The notes under the pieces are model-generated. The model saw only the letters and a program-made list of their open reading frames with translations, had not been told where the DNA came from and did no database searches. A stretch of DNA of 64,000 nt from Rhina ancylostomus (Eukaryota): assembly GCA_030265395.1 (NCBI GenBank), contig JARFYF010000022.1, positions 18,473,944 to 18,537,943 of the forward strand, given 5' to 3'. The position numbers were made by a program, and so were the translations under genes. This document shows positions 39,247 through 52,001 of the stretch, in pieces. Every line of letters begins with the position of its first letter. The first letter of the stretch is position 1.

Positions 39247-39760
39247 NNNNNNNNNNNNNNNNNNNNNNNNNNNNNNNNNNNNNNNNNNNNNNNNNNNNNN
39301 NNNNNNNNNNNNNNNNNNNNNNNNNNNNNNNNNNNNNNNNNNNNNNAGTAGTTATTAATAAAGTAGTTTTTAACATTTATACATGTCTCGGTGTGTTTCT
39401 TTTGTTGCTGGTTCATAACACAATGTAATCTCTGTTACAATGTGGAAAACTCAGCCGTCAACTTGTGCACAAGAAGCTTCCACAGCAGAATGCAATAAAT
39501 AGTCAGATAACTTGTTACTGAGAAATATATTTGGAATAAATATTGACTGGAACATCAGGAATATCTGTCTGTTCATCTTCAAAAAAAGTACAATGAGATC
39601 TACTACGTTTATTTTGAAGAGCTGAAAGGTTCTTAGTTTAATGCCTTATCCAAAGGATAGCACCGACAACAGAATTTACCCATCTCTGCAATGCAAATTG
39701 AACTCAAGGTTTTCTGATTCGGAGGCATGACCGCAGCCAAATGAGCCACAGCCGACCCTG
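39100..39760 (-). mobile_element. Deu-type (SacSINE1-like) SINE interrupted by a solo LTR
   Basis: tgaagtgcttttg|caat...gtaatctctgttacaatgtggaaaactcagccgtcaacttgtgcacaagaagcttccacagc...ttgaactcaaggttttctgattcggagg...tgagccacagccgac. Confidence 0.7.
39172..39420 (+). mobile_element. Solo LTR (probably Gypsy-type), interior in a gap
   Basis: Termini TGTTATG...CATAACA form a perfect 7-bp inverted repeat; 4-bp TSD CAAT at 39168-39171 and 39421-39424; AATAAA at 39357-39362; internal (TG)n. Confidence 0.8.
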
Positions 39761-39774
39761 TGGACTAATTTGGA

Positions 39775-41320
39775 AAACAAATAAAACTGCAGATGCTGGA
39801 ACCTGAAACAAAACAGGAATCTGAAACAAAAACAGAAATGCTGGAAAAACTCAGACAGTCAAACAGCATCTGTGGAAAGAGAAACCAGCCAATGTTTTAG
39901 GTCAGTGATCCTTCCTCAGAACTAGTTCAGAGGTATACTTAAATGATCAGTGTTTCTTGAGGTAGTGTTCTAACCGTTTCCAGTGCTCCACACTCAATGC
40001 CATGCATCAGCACATGCATGCTCTTAACTTCTCTCTAACAATACTGACTTACACTGTCTCAGAGCTATCATGGCCCATGGTTCTATAGTTCTATTTCATT
40101 CTTTGTTGCATCCATTGCTGCAACAGGCAACTCTTTTATTTCTTTCTGAGATAAAGGACCACAAGCTCACCTAGCTCTTGACTTCAAATACCCTACCTCA
40201 GCTTTCTCCCCCTTCATTTTTTTCCTGACTCCCATATCTTCCCAGAGCTCCAACCCCTGTGATGTTTTCACCATCTTCCCTGATCTGCCCCTCTCTGACT
40301 CGAAGCAATCAGTCTTCAGCAGAGTTCTCCGCTTTGTACCCTCATGCCCACATGGGTCTGACATGACGTTGAACACTTCTTCCACTGCCTCCATCTCAAT
40401 GCCCACTTCTTTACCCAGGAATCCTCACCCCAGACTGTTATCCCATCTCCAGTATTCTGGATCCATCTGGATCCCCCTTCCTTTCTCTCCATGGCCTCCT
40501 TTGATTTATTCATCATGAATTGCTGACATGTCATTGACCAACTTGACTTCTGTGGTCCCCTCACTCACTCCAACCTACCTCCTGAATGTGAGTGACTCTG
40601 TTCACTGCAAACCAATCCAGATTTTGTTATCTAACCCACGCTGCTGTAGTTTGGAAAAACGACCTCTGCCTTGTAGCGGCCAAATGTAAGCTTTCAGATA
40701 CATACTCATACCTCCCTCTGGAACCACAATCCCACCAGCTAACATCAGGCCATCAGACTGCAGTAGATCTCATTTCCTCAGGAGATCTTCCTACTACAGC
40801 CTCCAACCTGGCAGTGCCCCAACCCTGAACTGCCCACTGCTGCTAACTACCCAAGATCCACAAACAGGACTGTCCCAGTAAACCTATTGTTTCAGCCTGC
40901 TGTTGCCCAGCTGAACTAATTTCTTCCGACCTTGACTCAATCCTGTCCCCTCTGGTCCAGTCCCTTCCCACTTACGTCCATGACACTTCTGATGTCCTCT
41001 GCCATTTTGACATTTTCTGACTCCCTAATCCCAATCGGCTCAGCTTCACCATGAAAGTTCAATCCCTTCACACCACTAACCCACAACAGTAAGGGCTGAG
41101 AGCCTCCATTTCATCTGGAAACACTCCTAACCACACCCCCTGCACCCTCTCAACAATATGCCCACTTGGTTGGTGGATCTTGTCCTTATGCTGAACAACT
41201 TCTCTTTCAATTCCATTCAGTTCTCAGGAAGGGTTGCTGACCTGAAATGTTGATAGGTTTCTGTTTCTGCAGATGCTAGCTGACTGGATGAATTTATCCA
41301 GCATTTCCTTTTTTTATAGT
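39775..41320 (+). mobile_element. Penelope-like retroelement relic (RT remnant between inverted pLTR copies)
   Basis: Frameshifted remnants PCDVFTIFPDLPLSDSKQSVFSR.L.FVP, AAVVWKNDL...LSDTYSYLPL, LPKIHKQDCPSKPIVSACCCPAELISSDLDSILSPLVQSLPTYVHDTSD, FTMKVQSLHT and LVLMLNNFSFNS. pLTR copies at about 39775-39925 (minus) and 41217-41320 (plus). Confidence 0.88.
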
Positions 41321-42039
41321 CGAACTTCCCAACTCTATCCTGGCCTACTCAACTTTAGTTACTATGACTTTACTTGAATTTACATTTTGTATATAAGTAT
41401 ATCATTCCCTGACAATGTAATATCCTATCATTCTGATCATTCCTCATCCTAGATAACCCCATCCCATAATATAACCAATTAACCTATTTCATTATCCAAG
41501 ACAAGTTTATAGTTGACTTCTTTCCTGTTTAGCTGTAGAAAACATTGTGCTGGGACATTGTCACAAATACATTTCATACACTTATCAAACAAGCTATGAC
41601 TGATTTGTCCTGTCTACAGGAAGGTTAAAGATATTCATGTTTATTGTACTACCTTTGTCAAAAGCTCTTTGTATTTTGTGATGAATACTTTGTACAACTG
41701 TACAAGTTCTGTTGGACAGCCCATAAAAAACTCCAGCTGTATCTTCTGTCTCTCATTGTCATTTATTTACATCTATAGTGATTCCCTATCATTATTGTCT
41801 GAAATTACTGCTCATTATTTTTCTTATTCCATCCTTTAACATCATGGTTTTCATTGTACTATTTTCCATTTAATTTATTTTTGAAGGATCATGGAGCCTG
41901 GAAAATTTACTTCCTAACCTGGATCACCACACAACCACACCTTTTTAATGACAATCTGAACAGGTTTGTCTGTATTTAAGGTATTAATAGCTATCTTGTT
42001 TTGAATGCTTAGTACTTTCAGATAAAAACCTTTAATTTT

Positions 42040-43315
42040 AGTATCATAGAATCATTGAAATTTATGTCACAGAAAGGAGCTCACCTGGCTCATTGTGTCT
42101 GCGGTGGCCAAAATAGGATCTACTTCTCATAATCCTGTAGTTTAAGACTCTCTAAGTACTGATCCATGTACTTTTGAAAAGCGATGAGTGTTTCTGTCCC
42201 CACTAACCCATGAAGAAAGAAGTTCCAGACCTCTTCTACTTATTGGGTGAAAAATCTTTTCTCAATTTCCCTCTAATCCTCTTCTCTGGATAAGTTCATG
42301 TCCCCTGGATAGTGACCTCTCTGCCAAAGAAAATTGTTCCCTCCTGATGACCCTGTTTAGGTCTCTCATAATTTTATATACCTGAAATAAATCTCCCTTT
42401 AATCTTTGTTTCAATGGAAACAGTCCCAGTCTAGCCAACCTCTCTGCAAAACTAAGGACTAAAGCGAATTCATCCATTTCCGGCAATAGCCTATTAAATC
42501 TCATTCACACCTCCTCCAGTTCTCTTCAGCATTGTGCTCTGAACTGTACACAGTACTCTAAATGTGGTTAAACTCGTGGTTCTTGGAAGACATTGCTGCA
42601 TACATTTTTTATCCATCAAATAAAGGGATATAATTACTTAACTATGTTATCTTCTTCATCTGGTAACTCAGGAATCATGCCCTCTAAGATCTCTACATTT
42701 CTTAATATCTCCTTTGCTTGTTTGGCCTCTTTAAAAGCATTACCACTTACCTGTTGGATTAAATTCTATTTGTTGTTCTAGTCCCCACCCAACAAGTCTG
42801 TTGATATCTTGCTAATATTGTTCTTCTTCTTCTTCGCATTCTTCTTCAGTAAAAGTTCAATGCTAATATTGGTATCATCTGCAAACTTCTTAATTTTGGC
42901 CTTTTCATTTAAATTCACACCATTGTTATACCACATAAAATAAGGGAATCTGTACACAGCTCTCCAGTAACCAACTCCCTCATCGACCATTATTACCATT
43001 TGTTTCTTCATACCAAGACAATTTTGAATCCCAGTTGGATTCCTAAGATTCCATGGACTTTTACATTCTGGACCAATCTGCCATATATAACCAAATGGTT
43101 TCCTCTCATCAACCTCCTTGTTGCTTCTTCAGAGAAATCAATCATTAGGCTTGAGTGACTTTGCTTTAAATTTTATGCTAACTGTCCTTCATTATCTTGT
43201 GCCTCTTCAAATGTTGATTTATGGCATCTCTCAGAACATATTCTGATAATTTGCCCATTATTGACGTCAGTCGACAGTTACTTGTCCTTTCCCTTTTTAA
43301 ACAATGGTACTATAT
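42040..43315 (-). mobile_element. CR1 LINE, 5'-truncated and decayed
   Basis: LSFAERLARLGLFPLKQRLKGDLFQVYKIMRDLNRV...SRGH, KIKKFADDT, and an atcatagaatcat tail. Confidence 0.85.
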
Positions 43316-43319
43316 TAAC

Positions 43320-43512
43320 AAACACAAAATACTCCAAATGCCAGAAACCTGAAATGAAACAAAATAGGCTGGAACTACTCATCTGTGGAGAGGGAAACCG
43401 TTTTACCAGTATTCTGATGAAAAGCCATTGACCTGAAAGATTAATTTACTTTTCTTCTCTATGGATGCTGCCTGATCTGCTGAGTATTACCAAAAATGTC
43501 TGTTTTATTTGT
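43320..43512. mobile_element. Decayed Penelope-associated fold-back element
   Basis: Inverted arms (atctgtggagaggg / tctctatggatgctgcctgatctgctgag); core CTGATGA at 43414-43420 and TGACCT-GAAA ending at 43438. Confidence 0.75.
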
Positions 43513-46500
43513 AGTCCTCCAGCATTATGCCTGTAGTCAGAGGAGACTGGAAAACAGGAGATAACATCTGCAGTATTTCCACTGTGCTTCTTTTTATTGC
43601 CTGGGAATAACTTTTATTCAGTTCTGAGAACTGATTCTGTTAATATGCCAATTTTATTTCTATGCTCATCACCTTCTTTGCTTCTCAGTCTTCGTCCACT
43701 ATTCTTCATTCTGTACCATCCTCCACCCCTTTGTCCATGGAGAAAGCTGATATAAGTGTCTCCCTCTCCACAGTTGAGTACTTTCAGCCTTGGAGCTGGA
43801 CCCTAGTTCAGGCGGCCCTTGTCCTGGTGCAGTATTTCTCACCTCAGTCCTAAATATCCGACCACTTATTTTGAAACTGTGATCCTGGTTCTGCAGCCAG
43901 TGGAAACATCAACTTCACATCCATTCTATCAAGCCTCTTAAAATTTGCATTTTCCTAAACTAACAAAAAAGGAGCCATTAATGGGTAATTCAAGATACAA
44001 AATTAAAGAGCTCTTGCAATCAAGGATTATATTCCAATTGCACAGTGCACCAGTCAGTTGCCCGTAAAGAAAATGGAAGAGGCAAATAAATAGAGACAAG
44101 GCTGTAAAACAGAGATCAGTCACCTGGCTCTGGCACACTGATATTGCGTGTGTGCTTCTCAGAGGAAAAGTATTGTAAATTATATAATATACAGAATTAT
44201 AATATTTAATATTACATTAAATCTAAATTCGATGTGGTTGATTATGCATTCCCACCAGCTGGCTCCTAGTATTGTTAACTTGCACAATTTTTGACCTTCG
44301 GTTTTGCAATCCGAGAAGTCATGTTTTAAAGCATTACACTGGACACAAACATTGCAAAATTGTACAGAGCATCTCTGAGTGAGTGTTGCGTCAATTCTGA
44401 TGCATTTCAAATCGTTTTAATGACAACTAGGCATTTATATTTCTTCGAGTGTATTGTGACAAAGAAAAAAAAATTTAATTGTCTAATGCCAGTGACGTAA
44501 ATTATATTTTGATCCATTTGTCAGATCTGATAAAGTGTTTGCGGCGGCGGTTTAATGTGATTTTTCACATTAAAATGCTAANNNNNNNNNNNNNNNNNNN
44601 NNNNNNNNNNNNNNNNNNNNNNNNNNNNNNNNNNNNNNNNNNNNNNNNNNNNNNNNNNNNNNNNNNNNNNNNNNNNNNNNNAATGCTAAATAGATTTCAT
44701 CTTCTTTATTGGTTCGTGTTGTGGATTTCTGTTGTTGTCTAGACTTTTAATCTAAACAGCACTTGTATCAAATCTCAACCATGCAAAACAGCTTGGAATA
44801 ATTTATATATACAGTAACAAGTGGTCTTCATGTAATGTAAAGCATAGAGTTGCATTACAATAAAAGTTTAATTAATATAAGCTAGTACATTGGACAATCT
44901 TAACATTTATAATTTGTTTCCTTCATCTTATCTGGACGCTAAAGTTAATTATATTCCAGTTGCTTGGTCGCTCACTCATTTTAATTATAATTATGATTTA
45001 TGCAAGATGACCTACAATATATATTTCAAACTCCCTCTTCCAAACGTCAAACGCTACCATTACTTAGTACAGTTAGGGACATGTACTGACATTTTTGTAT
45101 GCAGAAGATACAGTTTTCCAAGTTCTGCCAAAATAGGATTTCCTAATGATGGAATTTGAATCAGGCATAGTTTTCCTTCGAGTTATTATTTGTTCTAACA
45201 CTGTCCAGACAAGTGAACTATTCTGTCTCCACTTGAATGAGGAACCCCTTAAATGAACAGATTTGTTAATTGATCTCCTGATAAACTAAATTGATTTTCA
45301 GCGCCTGCCTCAAATGCAGCTTCAATGAATGGAACATTTCCGAAAAGTCCGAGCACTGGAGCAGTCAGAGGCATGAGACGGGGATAATTTCACCGTCTAT
45401 TCACGTCTTCCGCTCAATATTCCACCGTCCATTAATTGGAAACTTTCATGCCACGTTTTCCATTTTCCGCTGATCGACCCGCAAACTCGCGTGAAATTAA
45501 TTTGCACGAATTCCTTTATTATGAAACATATTATCGATGGAAAGAGCAAGATATCAAAATCGTATTTCCAATATCATATTGCCCATATTTTCTGGTTTTA
45601 TTATCTAAATCCGTGAGCATCACACAAGACTCCACCCTATCATCTCAGCGTCAGTGCACGTTGTCCTTGTAACGCAGCACGAAACATTTGAAATAGGGAA
45701 AATATTATTCCTTGTTTAATGAAGGTTATGGTGTTTGTCGTCCGCACTGATAGATAGTAAAGAAGCACTACACATATCTACTATCATAGTTGATGGATTT
45801 AACAAGTATTTCACTAGAATGAAACATTTCATCCGTTTTAAATTATTCCAGCATTATTAATGTTATCTGTCTGTAGCTAGTCTAACAATGCGCAAGTGCA
45901 GGTTTTCCTATTCCCTCGATAACTCTTATTTATCTAATCGATAACTGTTATTTTGTTTCTCAGTTTTCCGAAGCCAGCGAAGTGCGCTGATCTCAAGGCT
46001 CATCACAACAGAGACGGAACTAAATTCAACTGCAGAGAAAGCGCGGACAATTCAACGAAGTTGACACTAAGAGGCGAGTTAAACTATTCTTAAAGCAACG
46101 GTTTTAAAATGACGTGCATTCAATAACTTCAGAAATTGAATATTGGACTTATTGATGGGCAGGATTCGAAAATAATTTCAACTTGCTTTTATAGTAACCC
46201 GTTTTTATCTGTTTTTATTAATTTTCACGTGTTGAAACTCGGGAGATAAAAGAACAGCGGGAGCACTGAGAGATAAATCGAGTCTGCTGTGAAAACAATC
46301 AGGTCTTGTGGTTTTCATTTTACTCCTTGGCCTTCCTTAATAGATAATTACATGCATCTTCTTCCTGGTCTGCGAGGCAGAGGACTTGAGAGGCTTGTCA
46401 AATAAATAGTCATATCTGACTTCAGTGGACAATGCTGAACCCTGATCCAACTTTTCATTGCAGATTAACCTCTGGAGCTGAAAGTCAGATGTGAGTATGT

Positions 46501-47599
46501 GGCATGTCCTGTCAGTCGGGCCATGTCGGCCTCTCCTTGACGTCACTGACCCCAGAAAGCTGGAGCTCTGGTGAAAACCATGTGGCTGAAGAGAAGGAAC
46601 TGCTTCACCTTTAGCCCTGTATGAATTTCCAGTTTATTAGTTCAAGGTTCAGATCGGTGTCAGTCAGAAAAGAACGATGTTCTAATATTAAAAGCCAACG
46701 TATTGATTTGCCAGGTCTGGGGACAGAGTGCCATTCAGATATGCTGATAATAATCATTTTGGTACACCACCCAAACTAGACAAACCCCATCTCACATACA
46801 TTCTCTGTCATCTCCTTTCCATTTTTTTAAAAGCAGCAACGTATTTCAGCAATGCTACTACCAGCTGAGAAAAGCAAAGCTTTGGCATTTTATTTCAAAT
46901 TATTGCAAAACACCTGAAAATAAACCAATAAAAAATAATTAACTCTTGCGACTTTTGTGAAACTGCTTAAAATATTATTGATTTTGTAACTTTTCGGCTA
47001 GTTTCATTTCAATGTTTCAGGCAGTTTAAAAGCTGTGAGGAGTTGATAAACTGACATTTGGTCTGACTAATGTTTATTTCTTCCATCTAGATCTATGACA
47101 TTTGAAATGAGATCCCCTTAATGTTTTTAGAGATTATACTGATTCTTAGCAATTTTTAACACCATGAAATATGTCTTGTGTGAAGCTTACCTGTTTATGA
47201 AATAATCAAATCAGTGGGCATTAAAACAGCTAATAATAGGAGAATGTTGCAAAAGTACCTAGATCTTCTTTTGTTAGCTGCTTTAATGCTAGTGCGACTC
47301 ATGACAGGATGCAGTGGGGCTATTGATATTTGATCTGATCTGTTGGCTTTGGGATTGTGTCGCTCTGTATATTGCATGTTGCTTTTGTTATTTGCATGAT
47401 GTCAGTGTTGCTACTTTGCCAGGTGGCACTTCATCTTTATGATGTGTCTGGTGCTACTCTTAACTCCCAAGGCCAGTGGCCGTAACCTGCAGCATTTATT
47501 CTAAGAATCCTCCTTAGAAACTTATTATTCAATGACATCACCTCTTATTTGAGTAAGTATGGATCACCTCACCCAATTACTCCTGTAGGATAGCATCAC

Positions 47600-48450
47600 A
47601 AGGAGATTTGTTAGTGGCATTGGAAAGGATAGCTTGGTAAAGAAATGGAATCTTGAACACTTGATTTGGAATAGAGAGATTCAAGGCAGGAATAGGAAAG
47701 AGTCTAAAAAAACAAAAGGAATGAAGTCTCTAAGAAGGGCGACCAGAGAGTTTGGAAATCTTAATTGTGTATACTTCAATGCAAGGACTCAAGTAAGTAA
47801 GGGAGATAAAGTGAGGGCACAGGTAGACTCATTAAAAGTATGATGTTGTTGTTATTGCTATAGTAGCACTTTAGTAAGCCTAGGAATGGCAATTCAAACT
47901 TACAGCAAATCAGTGTTGCTGGGATTTTAGTCAAGATCAGGAGGAGGATAACAATCTGAAAGGGAGAGGCATAGATCGAGTGAACAGTCAGAGACTTTTT
48001 CCTAGGATGACAATGGCTAACAAGAGGGGACATAGTTTCAAGGTGATTGGAGGAAGATATAAGGGGGATGTCAGGGGTAATTTTTTTACACAGAGAGTGG
48101 TGGGTACATGGAACACTCTGCCAGCAGAGGTTGTGGGGCAGATACATTAGGGACATTTAAGATACTCTTAGATAGACACATGAATGATAGAGGAGTGGGG
48201 AGCTATGTGGGAGGGAAGGGTCAGATAGATCTTAGAGCAGGATAAAATGTCGGCACAACATTGTGGGCCTGTACTGTGCCGTAGTGTTCTATGTTCTATG
48301 AGAGTTTCATAATGTTGGAGAGGGAAACCATGACAGCCTGGAGGAGGGATGATATGGGAGATCAACAAATGAAACCCCTTAGACTGAACTGAAAAACAAG
48401 AGAGGAGTAATTACACTACTGGGAGTGTACCACATAGATTTTCAAATAGG
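47600..48450 (+). mobile_element. Old CR1 ORF2 5' fragment hosting a younger CR1 3' insertion
   Basis: LNCVYFNART.V.KGD.VRA at about 47760-47820; the APE-like sequence resumes after 48300. Confidence 0.6.
47963..48300 (+). mobile_element. Younger CR1 LINE 3' end
   Basis: RGIDRVNSQRLFPRM.MAN.RGHSFKVIGGRYKGDVRG.FFTQRVVG.WN.LP.EVV-like sequence, followed by a 3' UTR and a (TTCTATG)2 tail. Confidence 0.9.
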
Positions 48451-48499
48451 GAGTTGTCAGAAACAATTTTCCTCTTCATTATGTTTTGTTGACACTCTC

Positions 48500-49760
48500 T
48501 AACTGCTTTGTTTTCTCCAAAAAGAGATTCCAAGATTTTCCATATCCTGCTGACAGGGTAATTGTGGTTCCCTATTTTCTCACTTTTGTCTTCTTTGAAT
48601 AGTGCTTTTGCTATTGGTCAGTCTACAGGCTACTTCCAGAATCTAGGGAATAGTGGAATATTACCATTAATTCAGCTGCCAACTTTCTTCAAACCAGATT
48701 TTGAAGGCCATTGGATACAGGAGGTCTGTCCTATTTAGTTCTTAAGCACTTTTTGTTACCAATCTTAATTATTTTTAAGTCTTTCATTCATATTAAATTC
48801 TTTATTCTTAACAATTTCTGGTTTGCTTTGTCTTCCAATTTGAGAATAATACTAAGTATTGTTTGAACATCTCACCTATTTCTTACTTCCCATTATAACT
48901 TCTGTTTCAGTCTTTGCAGATTGATCTAATTTCTGATTTTTTTTTCCTCCTTACATATGTAAACATTCTTGCAATCTTTTTTGTGGATTATTAGTTCACC
49001 CTCTTTCTGCTTTCTGTCACTGTATTATGATTTTACTCATTCTTTGCTGGTTTCCAAAACATTTCCAGTCCTCAGATTTACCACTTTTGTAGCAACATTA
49101 TAAGTCTTATTTAAGCTGATACTATCCTTAACCTCTTTGGTTAGCAGTGAATAGAGCATCTTTCTAGTTTTGAGATTGCAATAGTAGGCATATCTTTTAG
49201 AGGGTTGTGAAATACTTCTTTAAATGTTTGCTACTGTTTATTTACCATTTTAATCTAATTTCCCAGTCTACCTCAGGCTATTCACCCCTAGACCCACACA
49301 ACTGAGTTTATTTATGTTAAGATTCTAGTTTTTGTTGCTCTTTAGCTCAGTGTAAAATTCCCCCTTCTTCAGAGGATCCCTTACCTGACAAGTAATCCTT
49401 TGTCATTGGAAGGTTAGGTTCTAATCTATTTGGAGTGTTTAAAATAAGAAAGTGATTCAGCAGGGTAGATAGAACAAAAAATTATTTTCTTTGGTAGGGA
49501 AATTTAGAACAAGAAGGCATAAAACTAAATTGTTCAGCCATTTAGGAGGGGTTAAACAATACTTTAATCACACAAAAGGTAGCAGATACGTGTGACTTTC
49601 TCCCTTAAAGTTGCTTACTTCAAGACTGCTTAACAAGGATAATAATGCAAATGCAGCAAAAACAGAGCTGAATATGCAGTATTCCAAATCCAATGGAATG
49701 GTGAAATGCATTTAAAGGTCTGAATGGCCTACTTCTGCTTTTTTATTCCAAAACCAGATT
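48500..49760. mobile_element. Heavily decayed CR1 fragments (minus about 48500-49400; plus about 49420-49760)
   Basis: Eroded ORF2-like sequence; the plus fragment ends aatggtgaaatgcatttaaaggtctgaatggcctacttctgct, a CR1-type tail. Confidence 0.5.
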
Positions 49761-50439
49761 TGAAACATAACTATATTTATATCAGAATTTCAAACCAGTG
49801 AATAAATCTCTACCTCACAGGTATTTGCAATTCATCCAGGATTAAAATAATGTTGGCACTAACTCCAGATTTCCAGTGCAGTTTACTACTGGTGTGGAAT
49901 TAAAATCCCTTAGCGTCAATGCAGTATAAATATAGCAGTAGATAATTAATAGTTTTAAGCAATTCTATTGATAGCATCACTGCAGTAGATTTAGACAGTG
50001 GCGGAGATTCAGCTCAGATATGCTTGAAAGGTGCGATAAATAGAAAGAAAGTCTGGAAATATTGTTTACCTGAATCAGTTAAACAGCAAAAGTTAGACTT
50101 GTGCAACATCCCAAACCAGCCCAGCATTTGTTGTCCTTAAGGTAATTCACAATGATAAGACAGAACAAGTTGTAGACTCACTTTCATATAAACGAAAGCT
50201 GATTTTTCCCCCAAAATTCCGTAGTACCATTCAGATTGAGGGTAAATATGTTTTGTAACAGTCTGGATCTATATTGCAACTTCTGTGCTTGGAACTAAAT
50301 TAAACAGCTGTCAGGAGTTTAAGGTCAGCTTTGGAGTAAGAACTAAGAATTATTACTCTGTTGTTTTTCTGTTTAGTGGATGGAAGCCTCCAGTCCTTAG
50401 AATAACTGTACGTGCTTCTCTTTGTAATTTTAGATCTGA

Positions 50440-51330
50440 TCAAAAGCTAGGTCCTACTTTTATCAGTAATTTATGTTTGCTATGATGTGGCTGTGAGGCT
50501 GTGACACGTTCTGTTGTCCACAGCCTTACACTGAACATCCAAATGACCAGGTCATTTACCGACCAGGTCCCCTGCATCACACTGCCCTCCAAAAATAAAA
50601 GTTCAGAATGAGACCTTGGAATACAGGGACCACTTCCCATTATCTTGGGAGCCCCCTCTTAGCAAAGGCAGATTGCTGATGAAATTCACCACCACCTTCA
50701 ATGTTCCAGAATAGACCTTGGTTGACAAAGGAAAAGGGCATTTGAAGATCAAAGGTCATAGTCCGCAACTGGGCAGCAGTGATTTATGCACTCCTATATA
50801 TTTTGGAGACCTGGATTCTGAGACCAATTATCTCAATTCCACCAACAGTCTCTGCAAAGTCTTCCATATTAATGGGAATGATAAGCTAACCATCATCGGT
50901 GACTTGTAGGCCAACATCCCCACCTTAGTCATCCCCAGTCAGCTATGTTGGGCTGGCCATACTGATTGCATGTCTGATTCTAGACTACCAAAATAGGCAC
51001 TCTGTTCCAAGGTATGTCACAGGAGGAGATTGCCAGATGGACAAAAAAGGCATGGATGTGTTAAAAGCTTTTTTGGGAAGTGTAACATCCCCATTGACTC
51101 CTGGGAACCTCTGGTTCATGACCACTCCAAATAACTTGAGGCTGTGCATCAGGTGCATGCAGAAGTCCTGCAGAAGGAACCCAGCTACCTGCCCCATTGG
51201 TCATCTACTAATCCATCAGTGGACAAATCTGCATTTCCCACATTGACCTCAAATAGCCACCCCAGAACCTACAAAACCAGAGTAGAACGAAGTCATCCTT
51301 GATCACTAGCGACCGCCAAAAAGAAGTATG
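50440..51330 (+). mobile_element. RTE LINE 3' fragment, decayed
   Basis: YLGS.LLAKAD..DEIHHHLQC-like segment near 50640-50705; aacatccccattgactcctgggaacctctggttcatgacc; tail aagtcatccttgatcactagcgaccgccaaaaagaag. Homologous to the 31.2-31.7 kb element. Confidence 0.75.
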
Positions 51331-51957
51331 TTTTATTTATGGAAAGTGCAGACATTCATAATTTTTTTTATACCTGCCTCACTATGACAATTATAATTTA
51401 GTTCAATTAATTGACCAATTAGTAACAAGTACCAAAAATGTAAATCAATGTTATTTGTTGTCAGGATAAAAGATTGTTAATTATTACAAATTGCCTTATG
51501 GAATTGAGGTTATAATAGTTAAGAATCATAAGTTGCCCTGTTGGGATAGTGCATCATTTCACCTGTGGATATATTTTTTATGTATTGAGTTATTACTAAT
51601 AAAACCGTATCTTTTCATGGGTTATATAAAATTATTTCAATCATGGAGAATTGTAAATGGACAATCTGGTCATGTCTGGTCAGTGTCTTCAGCAGTAGGA
51701 CCAGAATGAGGTTGGAAATTTAAAGCACTGAATCTCAGGTGACGAAAGTAGCTATACCCTGTGAAAGGCATGCTATGATAGTCTAAACAAAACTTTGAGC
51801 CATACGTCTACCTACATTTCCACCATGATAGATAATTATACAATAATAAATCATTTGCAATCTTGTTTAAGATCTATGTAATTAGAAAGGCTGATAAAAG
51901 ATTTTACTTGTGAAAGATAACTCTAGATGCCCCCTAATATCTATAATGCTTAAGTCT

Positions 51958-52001
51958 ATTGATCACAATCTAAAACTTTGAAGTTTTAGATTGTGATCAA
52001 T
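51958..52001. repeat. Perfect palindrome, 21-bp arms, 2-nt spacer
   Basis: attgatcacaatctaaaactt-TG-aagttttagattgtgatcaat. Confidence 0.95.

Noticed and set aside
36691-39420. Two similar LTR starts read as one full LTR retrotransposon
   Set aside because: The interior is CR1 and SINE debris with no gag/pol, and the right LTR has its own TSD.
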